Shown: positions 12,887-26,059 of the stretch, one piece after another
How the letters are laid out: each line of letters starts with the position of its first letter
Position numbering within the stretch: the first letter of the stretch is position 1
Assembly: GCF_009914755.1 (NCBI RefSeq)
Contig: NC_060926.1
Source of the DNA: the human T2T-CHM13v2.0 reference genome, Homo sapiens
Reading direction: 5' to 3' (one strand)
Length of the DNA: 64,000 nucleotides
Position numbers and translations under genes: made by a program
The notes under the pieces: model-generated
Database searches by the model: none
Seen by the model: only the letters and a program-made list of their open reading frames with translations
Told to the model about the DNA's origin: nothing

Positions 12887-14369
12887 CTTTTTTTTAAAAC
12901 ACTTTTATTTTAGGTTTAGGAGTGCATGTGCAGGTTTGTTATGTAGGTAAACTCACATCACATGGGTTTGTTGTACAGATTATTTCATCACCCAGGTACT
13001 AAGCCTAGTACCCAGTAGTTATATTTTCTGCTCCTCTTCTTCCTCCCACCCTCCGCCCTCCAGTAGGCCCCAGTGTCTGTTGTTCTCCTCTTTGTGTCCA
13101 TGAGTTCTCATCATTTAGCTCCCACTTATAAGTGAGAACATCCAATATTTAGTTTTCTCTTCCTGTGTTAGTTTGCTAAGGATAATGGCCTCTTTATCCA
13201 TCCACGTACCCGCAAAAGACACGATTTCATTCTTTTTCATGGCTGCATAGTATTCCATGGTGTATACGTACCAAATTTTCTTTATCCAGTCTGTCATTGA
13301 TGGGCATTTCAGTTGATTCCATGTATTTGCTATTGTGAATAGTGCTGCAATGAATATCCACATGCATGTATTTTTATGGTAAAATGATTTATATTCCTCT
13401 GGGTGTATACTTAGTAATGGGATTGCTGGGTCGAATGGGGTTTCTGTTTTAACTCTTTGAGGAATCATTGCACTGCCTTTCACAATGGTTGAACTAATTT
13501 ACACTCCCACTAACAGTGTATAAGTGTTATTTTTTCTCTGCAACCTCACAAGCATCTGTTATTTTTTTGACTTTTAATAATAGCCATTCTGAGTGATGTG
13601 AGATGGTATCTTATTGTGGTTTTGATTTGTATTTCTCTAATGATCAGTGATATTGAGCTTTTTTTCATATACTTATTGGCCGCATGTATGTCTTCTTTTG
13701 AAAGTGTCTGTTCATGTCCTTTGCTTACTTTTTTATAGGGTTGTCTGTTTTCTTGTAAATTTGTTTAAGTTCCTTATAGGTGCTGGATATTAGACCTTTG
13801 TCAGATGTGTTGCTTACATATATTTTCTCTCATTCATTAGATTTTCTTTTTACTCTGTTAATAGTTTCTTTTGCTGTGTAGAAGCTCTTAAGTTTAATTA
13901 GATCCCATTTGTCCATTTTTGCTTTTGTTGCAATTGCTTTTGATGGTTTTTCATCATGAAATCTTTGCCTGTTCCTAAATCCAGAATGTTATTACCTTGT
14001 TTGTCTTTGAGGGTTTTTATAGTTTTGGATTTTACGTTTAAGTCTTTAATCCCCTTGAGTTGATTTTTGTATATGGTATAAGGAAGGGGTCCAGCTTCAA
14101 TCTTCTGCATATGGCCAGCTATTCCAGCACCATTTATTGAATAGGGAGTCCTTTACTCATTGTTTTTGTCAGCTTTGTCAAAGATCAGTTAGTCATAGGT
14201 GTGTGGCCTTATTTCTGGACTCTCTACTCTGTTCCATTGATCTATGTGTCTGTTTTTGTCCCAGTGCCATGCTGTTTTATTTACTGTAGCCCTGTAGTAT
14301 AGTTTGAAGTCAGGTAACATGATGCTTCCAGATTTGTTCTTTTTGCTTAGGATTGCCTTGGTTATTCGG
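12887..14369 (-). mobile_element. L1PA15/16-like, 5'-truncated (3' UTR plus ORF2 C-terminus)
   Basis: Antisense 3' UTR 'ggtaaactc...acagattatttcatcacccaggtactaagcctagtacc'. ORF track fragments at 13115-13483, 13898-14110 and 14189-14449 translate as degraded ORF2p (e.g. [19 protein letters not shown]). Confidence 0.92.
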
Positions 14370-14988
14370 ACAGTGCCCCTTCCACTTACAGAGATTGGGA
14401 TCCACTTACAGAGAGTAAGTGGATAGGAAACCTTCCAGACACCCATCACTACTTCTCACCAATGTCAAAAAGGGGCCTGTATAGGCCATTGTTTAGCACA
14501 GCATGAATGAGACTTTAAATATACACTATCAACCATGCAGTACATGTGAGTCCAAGTGCAGGAGAGGGTACAGAACTTTTGTAGAGAACCCGGGGGGGAC
14601 CTCAAAATAGTAGATGTTAAAGTCTTTGAAGAAGAGAGAGGGCTAAGCAACAGGATATGCAATTCCTCAGTTGTCTGATAATTAGCACATCTGCTAATCT
14701 GGGTGCTGTTTCAGTGACAAGGGTGAGTGGAAACCAAGGGGAAAGAGCTGTGAGATATTTGACACAATAACATTTGTGTAAATTAAAAATGCACTTGCAA
14801 TGCACAATTACACATTGTAGAATAACACACATAAACTAGAGGATGCAGATTAGGGAAAACAGAATTAACAAACGGCAGGAGAATAAGATAAATTTTTTAG
14901 TGAAGCAAAAGGGATAGATGGGTGGATGTACAAATGGGTAGACAGGAAAAAAATGGGTAGACAGGTAGACAGATTAAATAAGTGGATG

Positions 14989-14990
<2 letters not shown>

Positions 14991-15046
<56 letters not shown>
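14991..15046 (+). repeat. Compound tetranucleotide STR (TAGA)11(CAGA)3
   Basis: Read directly from the sequence. Confidence 0.97.
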
Positions 15047-15774
15047 AAGACTGAGGACCCAGCATAGACCACTTATAATGGTGGCCCATAAACTAAAGAG
15101 TAATTAAATCAAACTTTTGCACCTGAGGATTAAGAGAAATATTAAAATATTTGGGATAACAAAGCAGTCATTCCCTGAACTAATTAGGTGAAAATGAAGC
15201 CTAGAAGCAGAAGGAAACATGGTGTCCATCCCCCTTTCTCACCAACTCCCAGACTGGCTGGGAGGAACATGGACTTCCCAATACATGTGGAAAGAGGCCC
15301 CAGCCAATTTTATTTGAATCCCAAAGGAAAAATTTCCTCATCTGACATCTGGTTTTCATGCCTGTGTGTGAGAGTTTGTGTATGTGAGTATCTGCATATG
15401 CACGGAAGAAAAGCATGAATGGAACATTTGAAACTATTAAGAATGGTTATCTCAGGAGAGTGGTGGGGGGTTGGGGAAGGGATTTAATTTATATTTTATA
15501 TTCTGCTTAAAACACTTCCAAAGAACATGTATTACTTTTGCAATAATTTCACATCCACTCAACAGATACATTCGTTTCTGGGGAGTATTTCTTCATTTTG
15601 GTTGCAGCATTTGGATGTCGTTTTGAGTGTTTAATGATTATTCATTAATTTTGCTCTCTGACCAGTAAAGCACCCAAGCAAAGAAGAGTCAAACTATCAG
15701 CATTCCAACCATCTGCCCACAGGTGGCTTTCCTTAACAAACCTTGGTATCTTATTTTAAAAATAGCCCTACCCT

Positions 15775-16115
<341 letters not shown>

Positions 16116-17259
16116 TTAAATACACCATTTTATCTGATCAAGCCGCTTGAAATCCTAGAATGATTTGAGCGGGCACAACTAGGGTAATGCAAATGGGGTT
16201 TTAAATATCTCTCATTTCAAAAATTCCTGTTGACAATTTTCTTCTTGAAAGATCATTGTAATTTAGCACAAGAAAGCAGATTCTGACATTCTCTGCTTAT
16301 TTCTTCAGACGGTTGTGCTGATATTACATTCAGTAGCTGGACTTTGATTTTTTTTCCATTTTCACCCATGTTTATCCAACACTGAATTAGGAGCCAGAGG
16401 CTGAATGAACTCAGGAGCGTGTGGGTTGGCCATCCAGGGTTCCCCTCCTGTATTAATAAATCCGTACCTCCCTTGCTGCAGACCAATATCGACTCTACTC
16501 TCAGTACCGTGGCCATGCACGATTTTCAGGCCACATCAAGACTTGCACAGCCTCTGGCTTTCAGTGGGAACAGAACCAGCAGTCTTCCTGGACTTCTCCC
16601 TCCTACACAGCAACCAGGAGCAAACTGATCCTCCGCGTATCACAGGCTTTGTCGAGTTGTAAAACAGAACTCTAACTGGTATCCGCCACTGATATCATGC
16701 AACACCAGATGGTGTCATTTGATCAAAGAATTTTGCTAACAGAAATCTCAGATTTCTCTCTAAGCGAAATGCCTTGACTTTGTGACTGATTGTGCAAGAA
16801 TCTCAGGAATTGAGAAAACAGCGTCTGTGTTGCTACAAGACTGCAGCTTTGGATAATACCCCCCTGCTTTTACTTTCTTCTCTGTCTTTAACTTCAAAAT
16901 GTATTTTACACCCCAAATAATTGTTTACTATTTGTTTCCTAGAACCTCAAAAGTCATTAATTTTTAAGAAAAGTCACTGTGCTTTGTTGGAAAACAACCT
17001 CAAACTTGAATGGCTTCACGCCAGTAGTTGAAAATATTTTACAATAGGCCACTTTCTGGAAAGTCTAATAAAAATCATACTGAGCATTTTTATTCCTGTT
17101 TACACTTGTAGAGCATTATCACAATTTAAATTATCTTCAGCCCATATATAGCTTCATATTTTGCAGCCAGCAATGAAGTTCTGCCCACAGTTTACGTTTA
17201 CGACTTTCTTCTGAACTGCCGTATTTATGTTACTGTTTTCATCACTACTCTTTTTTTGT

Positions 17260-17790
17260 ACATTTTACCACTTAAACAGTAAATCTATGTGTTTTGACAA
17301 ATGTGTACAGTTGACTAACCACCACCAATGGTCAAGATATGGAGTATTTCTATTGCCATAGAAATATTCCTCCATAGAAATATTTCAATTCCTCTCAAGC
17401 CCATTTCTGCTCAATCCCCTCTCCCCATCCCCAGGGCTAGCAACTGCTGATCTGTTTTGTCCTTATGGTTTTGCCTTTTCCTGAATATCATATAAATGGA
17501 ATCAGATTTGTAGCCTTTCAATTCTGGCTTCTTGCACTTAGCATAATGCCTTTGAGATTCTTCTGCTTGTATCAAGAATTCATTCCTTTGATTGTTACCC
17601 AGTATTCAGTCATATGGATGTATCACAATTTATTTACCAGTTGAGGGACACTTTGATTCCAGTTTGGGGCAATTATGAATATAACTTTGATGAATAGCTA
17701 TTCACTACTGGGTCATCTAGTAAGTGTGTTTTAACTTTAAGAGTTGCCAAGCTGTTTTCCAAAATAACTATACTATTTTTTTTCTTTTTC
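17260..17790 (-). mobile_element. L1ME/L1MD-type 3' end fragment
   Basis: 'ttttgacaaatgtgtacag...ggttttgccttttcctgaatatcatataaatggaatc' is a typical antisense old-L1 3' UTR. Confidence 0.75.
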
Positions 17791-17799
17791 CTTAGCGTG

Positions 17800-19522
17800 T
17801 CTACTTTTTCATGTTTTTGTGGTAAAATACACATAAGATTTAGCATCTTAAAAATTTTTAAGTTCACAATTCAGTGGTATTAAATATATTAATAACACTG
17901 TGCAATCATCACCACCTTCCATCATCATAACTCTTTTCATCTTGTAAAACTAAAGCTCTATTCCCATTAAACAACAACTCTCCATTCTCTTATCCCCTCA
18001 AGCCCTGAAAACAGCCATTCTACTTTCTGTGTCTAATTTTGACTAAGTATCTCGTATAAGTGGAGTTATACAGTATTTGTCGTTATGTGATTGGCTTAGT
18101 TAACTTAGCAGAAAGTCCACCGTGGACATGTTGTTCATCCATTTTGTAGCATGTGTCATAATCCCCCTCCTCTTTAAGGCTAAATAATAATCCATCATAT
18201 GCATATACTACATTTTGCTTATTCATTCATCCATAATTGGACACTTGGGTTGCTTCCATGTTTCAGTTATTGTGAATAATGCTGCTATGAACATGGGTGT
18301 ACAAATACCTCTTAAATACCCTGCTTTCAATTCTTTTGGGTGTATCCCCAGAAGTGGAATTGCTAAACCATATGGTAATTATATTTTTAATTTTTAAGGA
18401 ACTGTCTCACTCTTTTCCACAGCAGCTGTATCATTTCACATTCCCATCAACAATGCACAAGGGTTCCAGTTTCTCCACATCCTTGTTGACACTTGTTATT
18501 TTTTGTTGTTGTTGTTGTTGTTTTAATGGTAGCCATCCTAATGGGTGTGAGGTGGTAACCTATTGTAGTTTTGATTTCCATTTCCCTTATAATTTGTGAT
18601 ATTGAACATCTTTCTATGTGCTTACTGCTGATATGTCTACTTAAGCCCTTTGCTCATTTTAAAATCTATTTGTTTCTTTATTGGTGAGTTTTACGAGTTC
18701 TCTATATATTCTGGGTAATAATCCCTTATCAGATATATTTGCAATTATTTTCTTCCACTCTGTTGGTTGCGTTTTTACTCTGTTGATATTGTCTTTTGAT
18801 GCACAAACTTCTAACTTTCATGAAGTTCAATTTGTTTCTTTTACTTTTGCTGCCTGTGCCTTTGGTGTCATATCCAAGAAATCATTACAGAATTCAATAT
18901 TATAAAGATTTCCTGATGTTTTATTCTAAGATTTTTGTAGTTTTGGTCTTACATTTAGGTCTTTGATCCATTCTGAGCTAATTTTTGTATATGGTGTTAG
19001 GTGAGGGTCTAACTTTATTCTTTTTCATGTGGATACCCAGTTTCACAGCAACATTTGTTGAAAAGACTGTCCTTTCCCCATTGAATCATCTTGGTACCCT
19101 TGTCAAAAATCATTTGACCATACATACAGGGTTTATTTCAGGGCTGTCTATTCAATTCCATTGGTTTTTATGCCAGTACCACACTGTTTTGAGTATTATA
19201 GCTTTGTAGCAAGTTTTGAAACCAGGAACTGTGAGTCTTCCAGCTTTCTTCTGCTTTTTCAAGATTGCTTTGGCTATTAAAGGTCCCTGAGATTTCATAC
19301 AACTTTTAGGATGGTTTTTTCTACTTCCTCAGAAACGTCATTGAGATTTTGATAGGGAATACATTGACTGTGTAGATCACTTCGGGTAGTATGGACATCT
19401 TAACAACATTATTGACATCTTAAGAACATTAAGTCTTTTAATCCATGAATATACTTAAGTATATCCCATGGATATACTTATGTCTTCTTTCATTTTTTAA
19501 ATTAAAGCTTTGTAGTTTTAAG
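17800..19522 (-). mobile_element. L1MB (MB3/MB4-like) 3' UTR and ORF2 3' part
   Basis: 'tgtggtaaaatacacataa...catcttgtaaaactaaagctctattcccattaaacaacaact' followed by antisense ORF2 motifs. Confidence 0.85.
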
Positions 19523-19524
19523 AT

Positions 19525-19795
19525 TATAATATAGTAAATGATGGAAAAAAAGGCATATAGAAAATAAATCTCAAAATGACAGAAGTCCCCACTTAACAGT
19601 AATTACTTTAAACGTAAATGGATTAAACTGTCCAATCAAAAGACAGATTGGCAAAATTAGGGGAAAAAAACATGATTCAACTATACATGATCTACAAGAG
19701 ACTCACTTCAGATCCGCAGACACAAATTGTTTGAAAGTGGAGGATGGAAAAAGACATTGTATGTTAACAGTAATCAAAAGAGAGCAGGGTGGTAT
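19525..19795 (+). mobile_element. Inverted L1M fragment (start of the ORF2 endonuclease domain)
   Basis: 'gtaattactttaaacgtaaatggattaaactgtccaatcaaaagac...ctacaagagactcac' encodes ITLNVNGLNCPIKR...LQETH on the + strand, inside a minus-strand L1. Confidence 0.85.
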
Positions 19796-20662
19796 TCTAC
19801 AAATTTATCTTAGCACTAGTTTCACTACATTGCATAAGTTTTGTTATGTTGTATTTTTGTTTCTATTTGTCTCTAAGTATTTTCTTCTTTAAAAGTTTAT
19901 TTTTAATTAACAAATGATAATAGACAGGAGAAATACATTCTGGTGATCTACTGCACAGGATGGTAGCCATACTTTAATAATAATGTATCATATATTTCAA
20001 AATTTTGAAAATAGTGGATTTTAAATGTCACCACAAAGAAATAAGTATGAGAGGTGATGGATATATTTATTAGCTTAAATATATCCTTTGGTGATTTCTT
20101 TTGTGATTTCTTTGGTGATTTCTTTTTTATCTATTTGTTGTTTAAGAGTGTGGTGTTTAATTTTCACAAATTTGTGAATTTTCCAATTTACTTCTGTTAC
20201 TGATTTCTAACTTCATCCTTTTGCCATCGGAGAATATATTTTGCATGATATCTCAAATAAATCTCAAAGTGACAGAAGTCCTCACTTAACAGTAATTACT
20301 TTAAATGTAAGTGGATCAAACTGTCCAATTTTTAAATTTATTTATACTTAATCTGTGGCCTAACATATGGCATATCCCAGAAAATGTTCCGTGTGCACTT
20401 GGGAAGAATGTGTATGCTGTTGCTGTTGAATAGATGATTCTGTGTATATCTGTTACAGCTAGTTGACTGTGTTATTCAAGTCTTCTATTTCCTTCTTTAT
20501 CTTTTTTGTCATTCTATCCATTATTGAGAGTGTGCTTTTGAAGTTTCCAACTATTACTGTAGAACTGTCTATTTCTTCCTTCAATTCTGTCAGTTTTTGC
20601 TTCATATGCTTTAGTGGTCTACCATTAAGTATGTAAATGTATATCACAGGTATATCTTCTTG
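19796..20662 (-). mobile_element. L1M ORF2 endonuclease-region fragment
   Basis: ORF 20459-20647 (-) 'KQKLTELKEEIDSSTVIVGNF..LSIMDR' is L1 EN-domain sequence. Confidence 0.85.
19890..20086. mobile_element. Short L1MA 3' UTR insertion with mixed orientation
   Basis: Antisense extreme 3' end 'tttatttttaattaacaaatgataa' joined to sense 3' UTR 'tagacaggagaaatacattctggtgatctactgcacag...gaggtgatggatat'. Confidence 0.65.
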
Positions 20663-21920
20663 GCCAAGCTTGGTATGAGAGTCTTAGGGAGACAGACTTT
20701 TCATTCTAGTTAAGATTCATTTCACAAAATTTAGAGTTTATGTACAGTTCATATGGCATTGTTGGATTGACATAGTTCTTGCTGACATGTTTTATCTTGG
20801 TTGGTTGGTTGATTTGTAATATTTCTTTACCAAAACACAGAGTCAGTGTTAAATAACAAAAACAAAAACAAACCTCAGTTCTGAAAGAGCTACAGAATGC
20901 TAATCTATGGGATTTTGGCTACGTCAAAAAGTTGGTAGAAAGTAGCCTCAAATTCTGTTCCACATGGCACTATCTGAAAGAGAGGGCATAATTTTTTGTT
21001 CTGGAAGGATCTAGGGGGCATAGTATCCAAAACCAACCTCTTGATGGTATATTTCTTCCCTCTGAGTTTGATTGTGAACAACTGACCTCCAAGGGAGGCT
21101 CAAATCAAGATTCTTTTTATTCTTTCATTTCACTTCTATCCTGTTTCTTCTAATAATCATAGGTCTCTGCTAGTATTCATATCTGGCAAAACAATAAAGG
21201 ACTATCATTTCTTGGGAGAAATGGTGTTGCTGCACAGTACAAATTTAGTTATAAATCATGAGGGTTTAGTATTTGTCCCATGGTTTCACATTTTGAAATA
21301 TTCAGTGTTCATACTGAATTTTAATATTTGTAGTAATGAAATAGTGAACATTTATAGTATTGTTTTCATATTTGTTATTTTGGACTCTTTGAAACCTAGG
21401 AAAAGCAAACACATAATAATGTCTCATCATCCTGTTTCCTGCAAAAACCTTTCACTGATATTCTTCTTATCGTTTACATATAAACTATTTACTTATGGGT
21501 AGAATTCACAACAACTTCAGAAATGGGTTACTTGTGGAGAGGGAGGGAATGCAGAGGAAAGAATGAGTATCCTCTGGCTATATCTGTTATATTGTATTTT
21601 TCTACCTAAAGGAAATATGAAGTAACTACAGCAGAATGTTGGATTAATTCAACTCTGGCGTTGTTAACAAAATCATATCCATCCTACTGGATGATGGTTT
21701 AGAATAAACTTGCTAAAGAAGAAATTCACACTCTTCCCTAAGTGAGTCTTCTATGCAACAACAGGGAAAAGAGAATTTCAGACATTTCTTTGCTTTTTAA
21801 TTTATAAAGTGAAGAATATTTTATTTGGATTTTGTTTCCCAGAAGAGAATAGTAAGAGAAGGTTCATATTACTCAAATTTGAAACACTCTTTATTGTATT
21901 ATGATTATTTGACATCACTA

Positions 21921-22295
21921 TACATCTTAACCTGAGTCCCTCTCAGAAAACAGAGCTAAGACAAGGCTTGTATGCAAATAGTTAGATCAGAGATGTGATC
22001 CCAGGTAGCAATAATAGATAACAGAGTAGAGTGAACCAGAGAAAGAGGGAAAACCAATACAGGTGAGATTACTAAGTTGCTCACCATTATGGGTAATTAG
22101 AATTTGATCTAACTAGATTCTTCTGAGAAGCCATTAGAATGGGCCTCAGGATTGTCTGCTGAATAGATGGATAGCGGTATTATGCATCAGCTCTCATTCC
22201 CTATGGGTCAAGATTTCCTCCTGGGGATGTTAACTCATCTGCACTTCCAGGTTGAAGCAAAGCTGAATGCCAGGCACCCACACCTTAGCCCTGTG

Positions 22296-22330
<35 letters not shown>

Positions 22331-22430
22331 AAATAAATGTGATGTATCTGTGGAGGGAGAGAGATGCCACAGAGGGTGACTAAGAGGTGGGCTGAGAGGG
22401 TGTGAAGCAGGGTACAGTGCATCCAGTATA
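21921..22430 (-). mobile_element. LTR33-like solo LTR (ERVL)
   Basis: 'tcttaacctgagtccctctcagaaaacagagctaagacaaggcttgtatgcaaatagtt...gtgatcccagg' resembles the reversed LTR33/LTR16 3' end. Confidence 0.6.
22298..22329 (+). repeat. Pure A32 homopolymer
   Basis: Read directly. No Alu or L1 body upstream. Confidence 0.95.
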
Positions 22431-22938
22431 CTGCCTAGCCCAATGTATGCTGAAGGACATGGCAAAGAAAGAGAAAATGAATAAACTTTTGACTTGGGGT
22501 ATGATTTGGACATAGACTTAATTAATACCTTGTTTTGACTTATTTCAAAAGGTTCTGAGGACAGTGAAACAGTTACCCCTCAGGTGGGAGCAGGTCTGGT
22601 CTGATACAGTGATGTGGACTCACCTGTAAGGAAGTTCAGTAGTAGCCTTCTGACAAGCTGTTGTTGAGCCCAGTGGGTGGCAAGAGACCAGAATCAGAGG
22701 AGTATAGGGGCCACCAGGAAAGGTTAACCTCTCTCTTCCTTTCCCCACATTTCTCTCTTCATCCATGGAGGCAGTAAGTTCTGGCTCTGTCTCCTCATTG
22801 GAAATGTCAAGGGCTGGGAGTGGGAGAAAGGAAGTATTCTCCCTCTCTGTTCCCTCGCTAGCTCCTCTTTAACTGGAGAGGGATCACCTACTGGGTCAGA
22901 TCCCAACTGTCTTTGAACACATTTGTCATATGATGAGG

Positions 22939-23286
22939 TATTACGGGTAGCATGTTTGTGTCCCCGCAGATTTCCACGTTGAACACTTCATCTTCAATAT
23001 GATTGTGTTTGGACGTGGGGTCTTTGGGGGTTAATTAGGTCATGAGGGTGAAATTTTCATGACGGGATTAGTGCTCATATGGGAAGAGAGAGCATGCTTC
23101 CTCTCTCTCTCTGCTCTGTGAGCATACAGAAAGAGGGCATCTATCTGCATGCCAGGAATAGGGCCCTCACCAGGAACTGACTGTTGGCACCTTGACCCAG
23201 CTTCCAGAACTATGAGAAGCAAATTTCTGTTGTTTAAGCCACCCAGCCTATGGTATTTGTTACAGAAGCCCACATTGAGTCAGACA
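22939..23286 (+). mobile_element. MLT1A-type MaLR LTR
   Basis: 'atgtttgtgtcccc...taattaggtcatgagggtg...cttccagaactatgagaagcaaatttctgttgtttaagccacccagcctatggtatttgttacag'. Confidence 0.88.
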
Positions 23287-23869
23287 ATATGGGTCAGTAG
23301 AGGTGGGCAGGCTCCCCTCGCCTCACTCCTCCTCTGCCTTCCTGCCTTGGGAGTCAAGAACATCAGCGGCTTAGATCAGGGTCCCTTGCTCAGTTCTGCC
23401 TCCCAGCTGGCCAGGTGGACTTCAAGTCTCCTCTACAGACAATGAGTGTGAGGTGGGAGCACCTTTCCTAAGCCACATCCTCTAACTTGGTGTCGATGGG
23501 GGCATCCTGGCATCTCATGGGGCTGGGGAAGATTGCTATCTCTAGCTCTCCTGACCCCGTGCTGTTCCCATTGGCTGTGGATCCTCATGTGAATCATTCC
23601 CTTGGAAGGGCCACAGTGGGGAGAAGGAGTAAACAGCGGGATTTGGGCATCACCGCTCATTTTACAGGACTGCCTGTGTAAACAGGTGGTCTAGAATTTA
23701 GGAGTTCTGAGTGCTGTATGTCTCTCTGTATACATTCCAGACAGAGACATGACTAACATCTGGCATAATTCTACAGCCTAAGGTAAATAAACATAAGGAC
23801 AGGGAATGGAAAGGTTGTTGGTTGACTCACTCGGGAACCCAAAACTTCAAAACAGCTGCTCTTCGTATG

Positions 23870-24385
23870 AGCAAAGTGTGACAGTTTGGAAAAAATAGAC
23901 ATCGTATCAGAAAAGATATAGATTCTTTGAACAACACTTTCAAACCACTTGAATCAGTTGGCATTTATAGAAAACTCCATCTATTCACTGCAGAACACAT
24001 TGCTTTTGAATGCATGTGGGTTTTTTTTTTCCAAGAAGGTCCCTATGCTGGGCCATGAACTAAGTCAAAATAAAAATTTTGAGTGAAATGTTATAGAGCC
24101 TGTTTTATGGTCACAACAGAATTGAATTAAAAGTCAGTGAAAATAGAAGATCTAGAAAGCCTTAGCATATCTCAAGAAGAGGCTGATAGAATTCAGAACT
24201 GTGGTTGCCACGGGGAGAGATTAAATGGAAGGGACATAAAGGGACCCTCTGGAGGATGGAGATGGTTTGTCTTGATGGGGTATTGGCTCCGCAGGTATAT
24301 ATGTCTGTCAAAGGTCAATGAAGTATACACTAAAGTTATGTGCATTTTGCTGTACATAAATTTCACCTCGATTACAAAAATAACT
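23870..24385 (+). mobile_element. Old L1M fragments (EN-domain piece plus L1ME-like 3' end)
   Basis: 'ggcatttatagaaaactccatc...gcagaacacatt...atgctgggccatgaac', then 'gtgcattttgctgtacataaatttcacctc'. Confidence 0.6.
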
Positions 24386-26059
24386 GACGCATCTTCTAGA
24401 GTCCTTGCTGACTAAGATGCTGACAAATAACCTATTTGACTTTATGTCTTCATTTGTACTTGTTGTTACAGCACAATTTTTTATATTCCCTTTCATACCC
24501 GAAAGTGTCTTGATTTATGCAATAAACCTATGTTCCCTCTGTCTCTGATGAGTTGGTTACTAAGTAGGGCCCGGAGGAGGTAAGATGCTTCCAGTGCCCA
24601 TTGGAAGCAGGAGAGGTCAAGTCTAGGTCCAATTTGGACATTAGATGTTACTACTCTGGGAGGGAAGGTGGGCTCGACTTTGTTTAAACAGTGATTAATA
24701 TTGGGAGACCCAGATCTCACTGGTTTCGTATCCATGACTTTGGGGCCCTCACTCAAAAAAATCTAAAGCATGTGTTAAAAAAATAATGTATTAGCCCAAA
24801 ATGAGATGTAAAATTGGCACACAAGCAACAGGGCCCCATGTCCAGGGTTGTGAGCAATGGAAGATGGAAAACTAGAAGGGGCCCAAGGAAGGAGAGGAGG
24901 CCTGTGCTCTCCGGGGAGGGCCCAACTAAGTGAGCTGTCAGGAAGACATGAACCACAGGCAGCCCCTAATCAGAGAGAAGGGCATGGGATCAGGGGGTGA
25001 TCTCAAAACGTACCTAGGATTGTCAGAGGGGACACCACATCCTCAAGAAGAGGCAGAACCTTCGCAACTGGAGAACACCCTACTGCTTCTGAGACTAGGA
25101 CAAGAGGCTGACTATGGGAGGAAGGAAGGAAGCCTGCTGGAGGCCGGGTGAACTGGGCCAAGTCAGTGGGGAAGCCTCCATGGATGGCTGAGGGACTGGT
25201 GTGTCATGGAAGCTTTGAAGGTGGGAACTTGCGGGCCAAGGCATATACATGAGGAAATCCAGTTTTAAGCCGTGAGGCGAAGGGAGGAGATGCTGGATTT
25301 GTGGGGACTATTTAATCTAATAGAGATTAGATAACTGGTCATATTAAAAGTTATAATAGATGTGTTCCTCAGTAGATGATAATGAAGGGTATATGTAACA
25401 GATTTTGCATCTCAAACTTTACAAGCCACTGAGAAAACCGAGAAAGACCCAACATAAACATGAAACCCAGCTGCCCGAGCCCGGGTCCTATTCCCTTTCC
25501 TGGGAGCCTCTTGGCCGCTGTCTCTTCCTGAGTTAATCTTACACAATATAGCAGTGTTCTTCAGTCTTGACTCGTGCATGAACTGTTCTCAAAGGAAAAA
25601 TGCTTGCTGACTCCCAAAATGTATTAAATTACTTCCATTTTAATGTTATTTAAATATGCATTTATTATCATGTTATTTAAGCACATGAACATGTAAAAAA
25701 AAAGCATAGGTACAAATTCCTTATACTTAATGGCTCAAGTTCCTTTATAAAACCACATGGACAAAATTATGATTTGTGGAAAAATTGTGTGCCTCATTAT
25801 GACTGACTTCTTCACCAATTCTCCCAGTTTCCCCATTTCACCTCTTACCCCGTTTGTATAAAGGGCTGGGACTTCATTTACCTCACTTGGAACAAATGTG
25901 TTACATGCACTGCTCTTATCTCATTAGTTTATAAGCAAAGTGAATGCAATTAATAAGATCATAGACACAATCTCAAACATGCACATAGGAAGCGTGTGAC
26001 AGCGTCAGCATAAGGTGGTTATACACATGCTCCAGGAGATGCTTATGCTCATTTCGTTA

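Noticed and set aside
14991-15046. Identity with forensic STRs D3S1358, vWA or D12S391
   Set aside because: The motif is similar, but it lacks the trailing TAGA/AGAT unit and I do not recognise the flanks.
16700-16717. CTCF-like CAACACCAGATGGTGTCA
   Set aside because: Three mismatches at informative positions; too weak without ChIP data.
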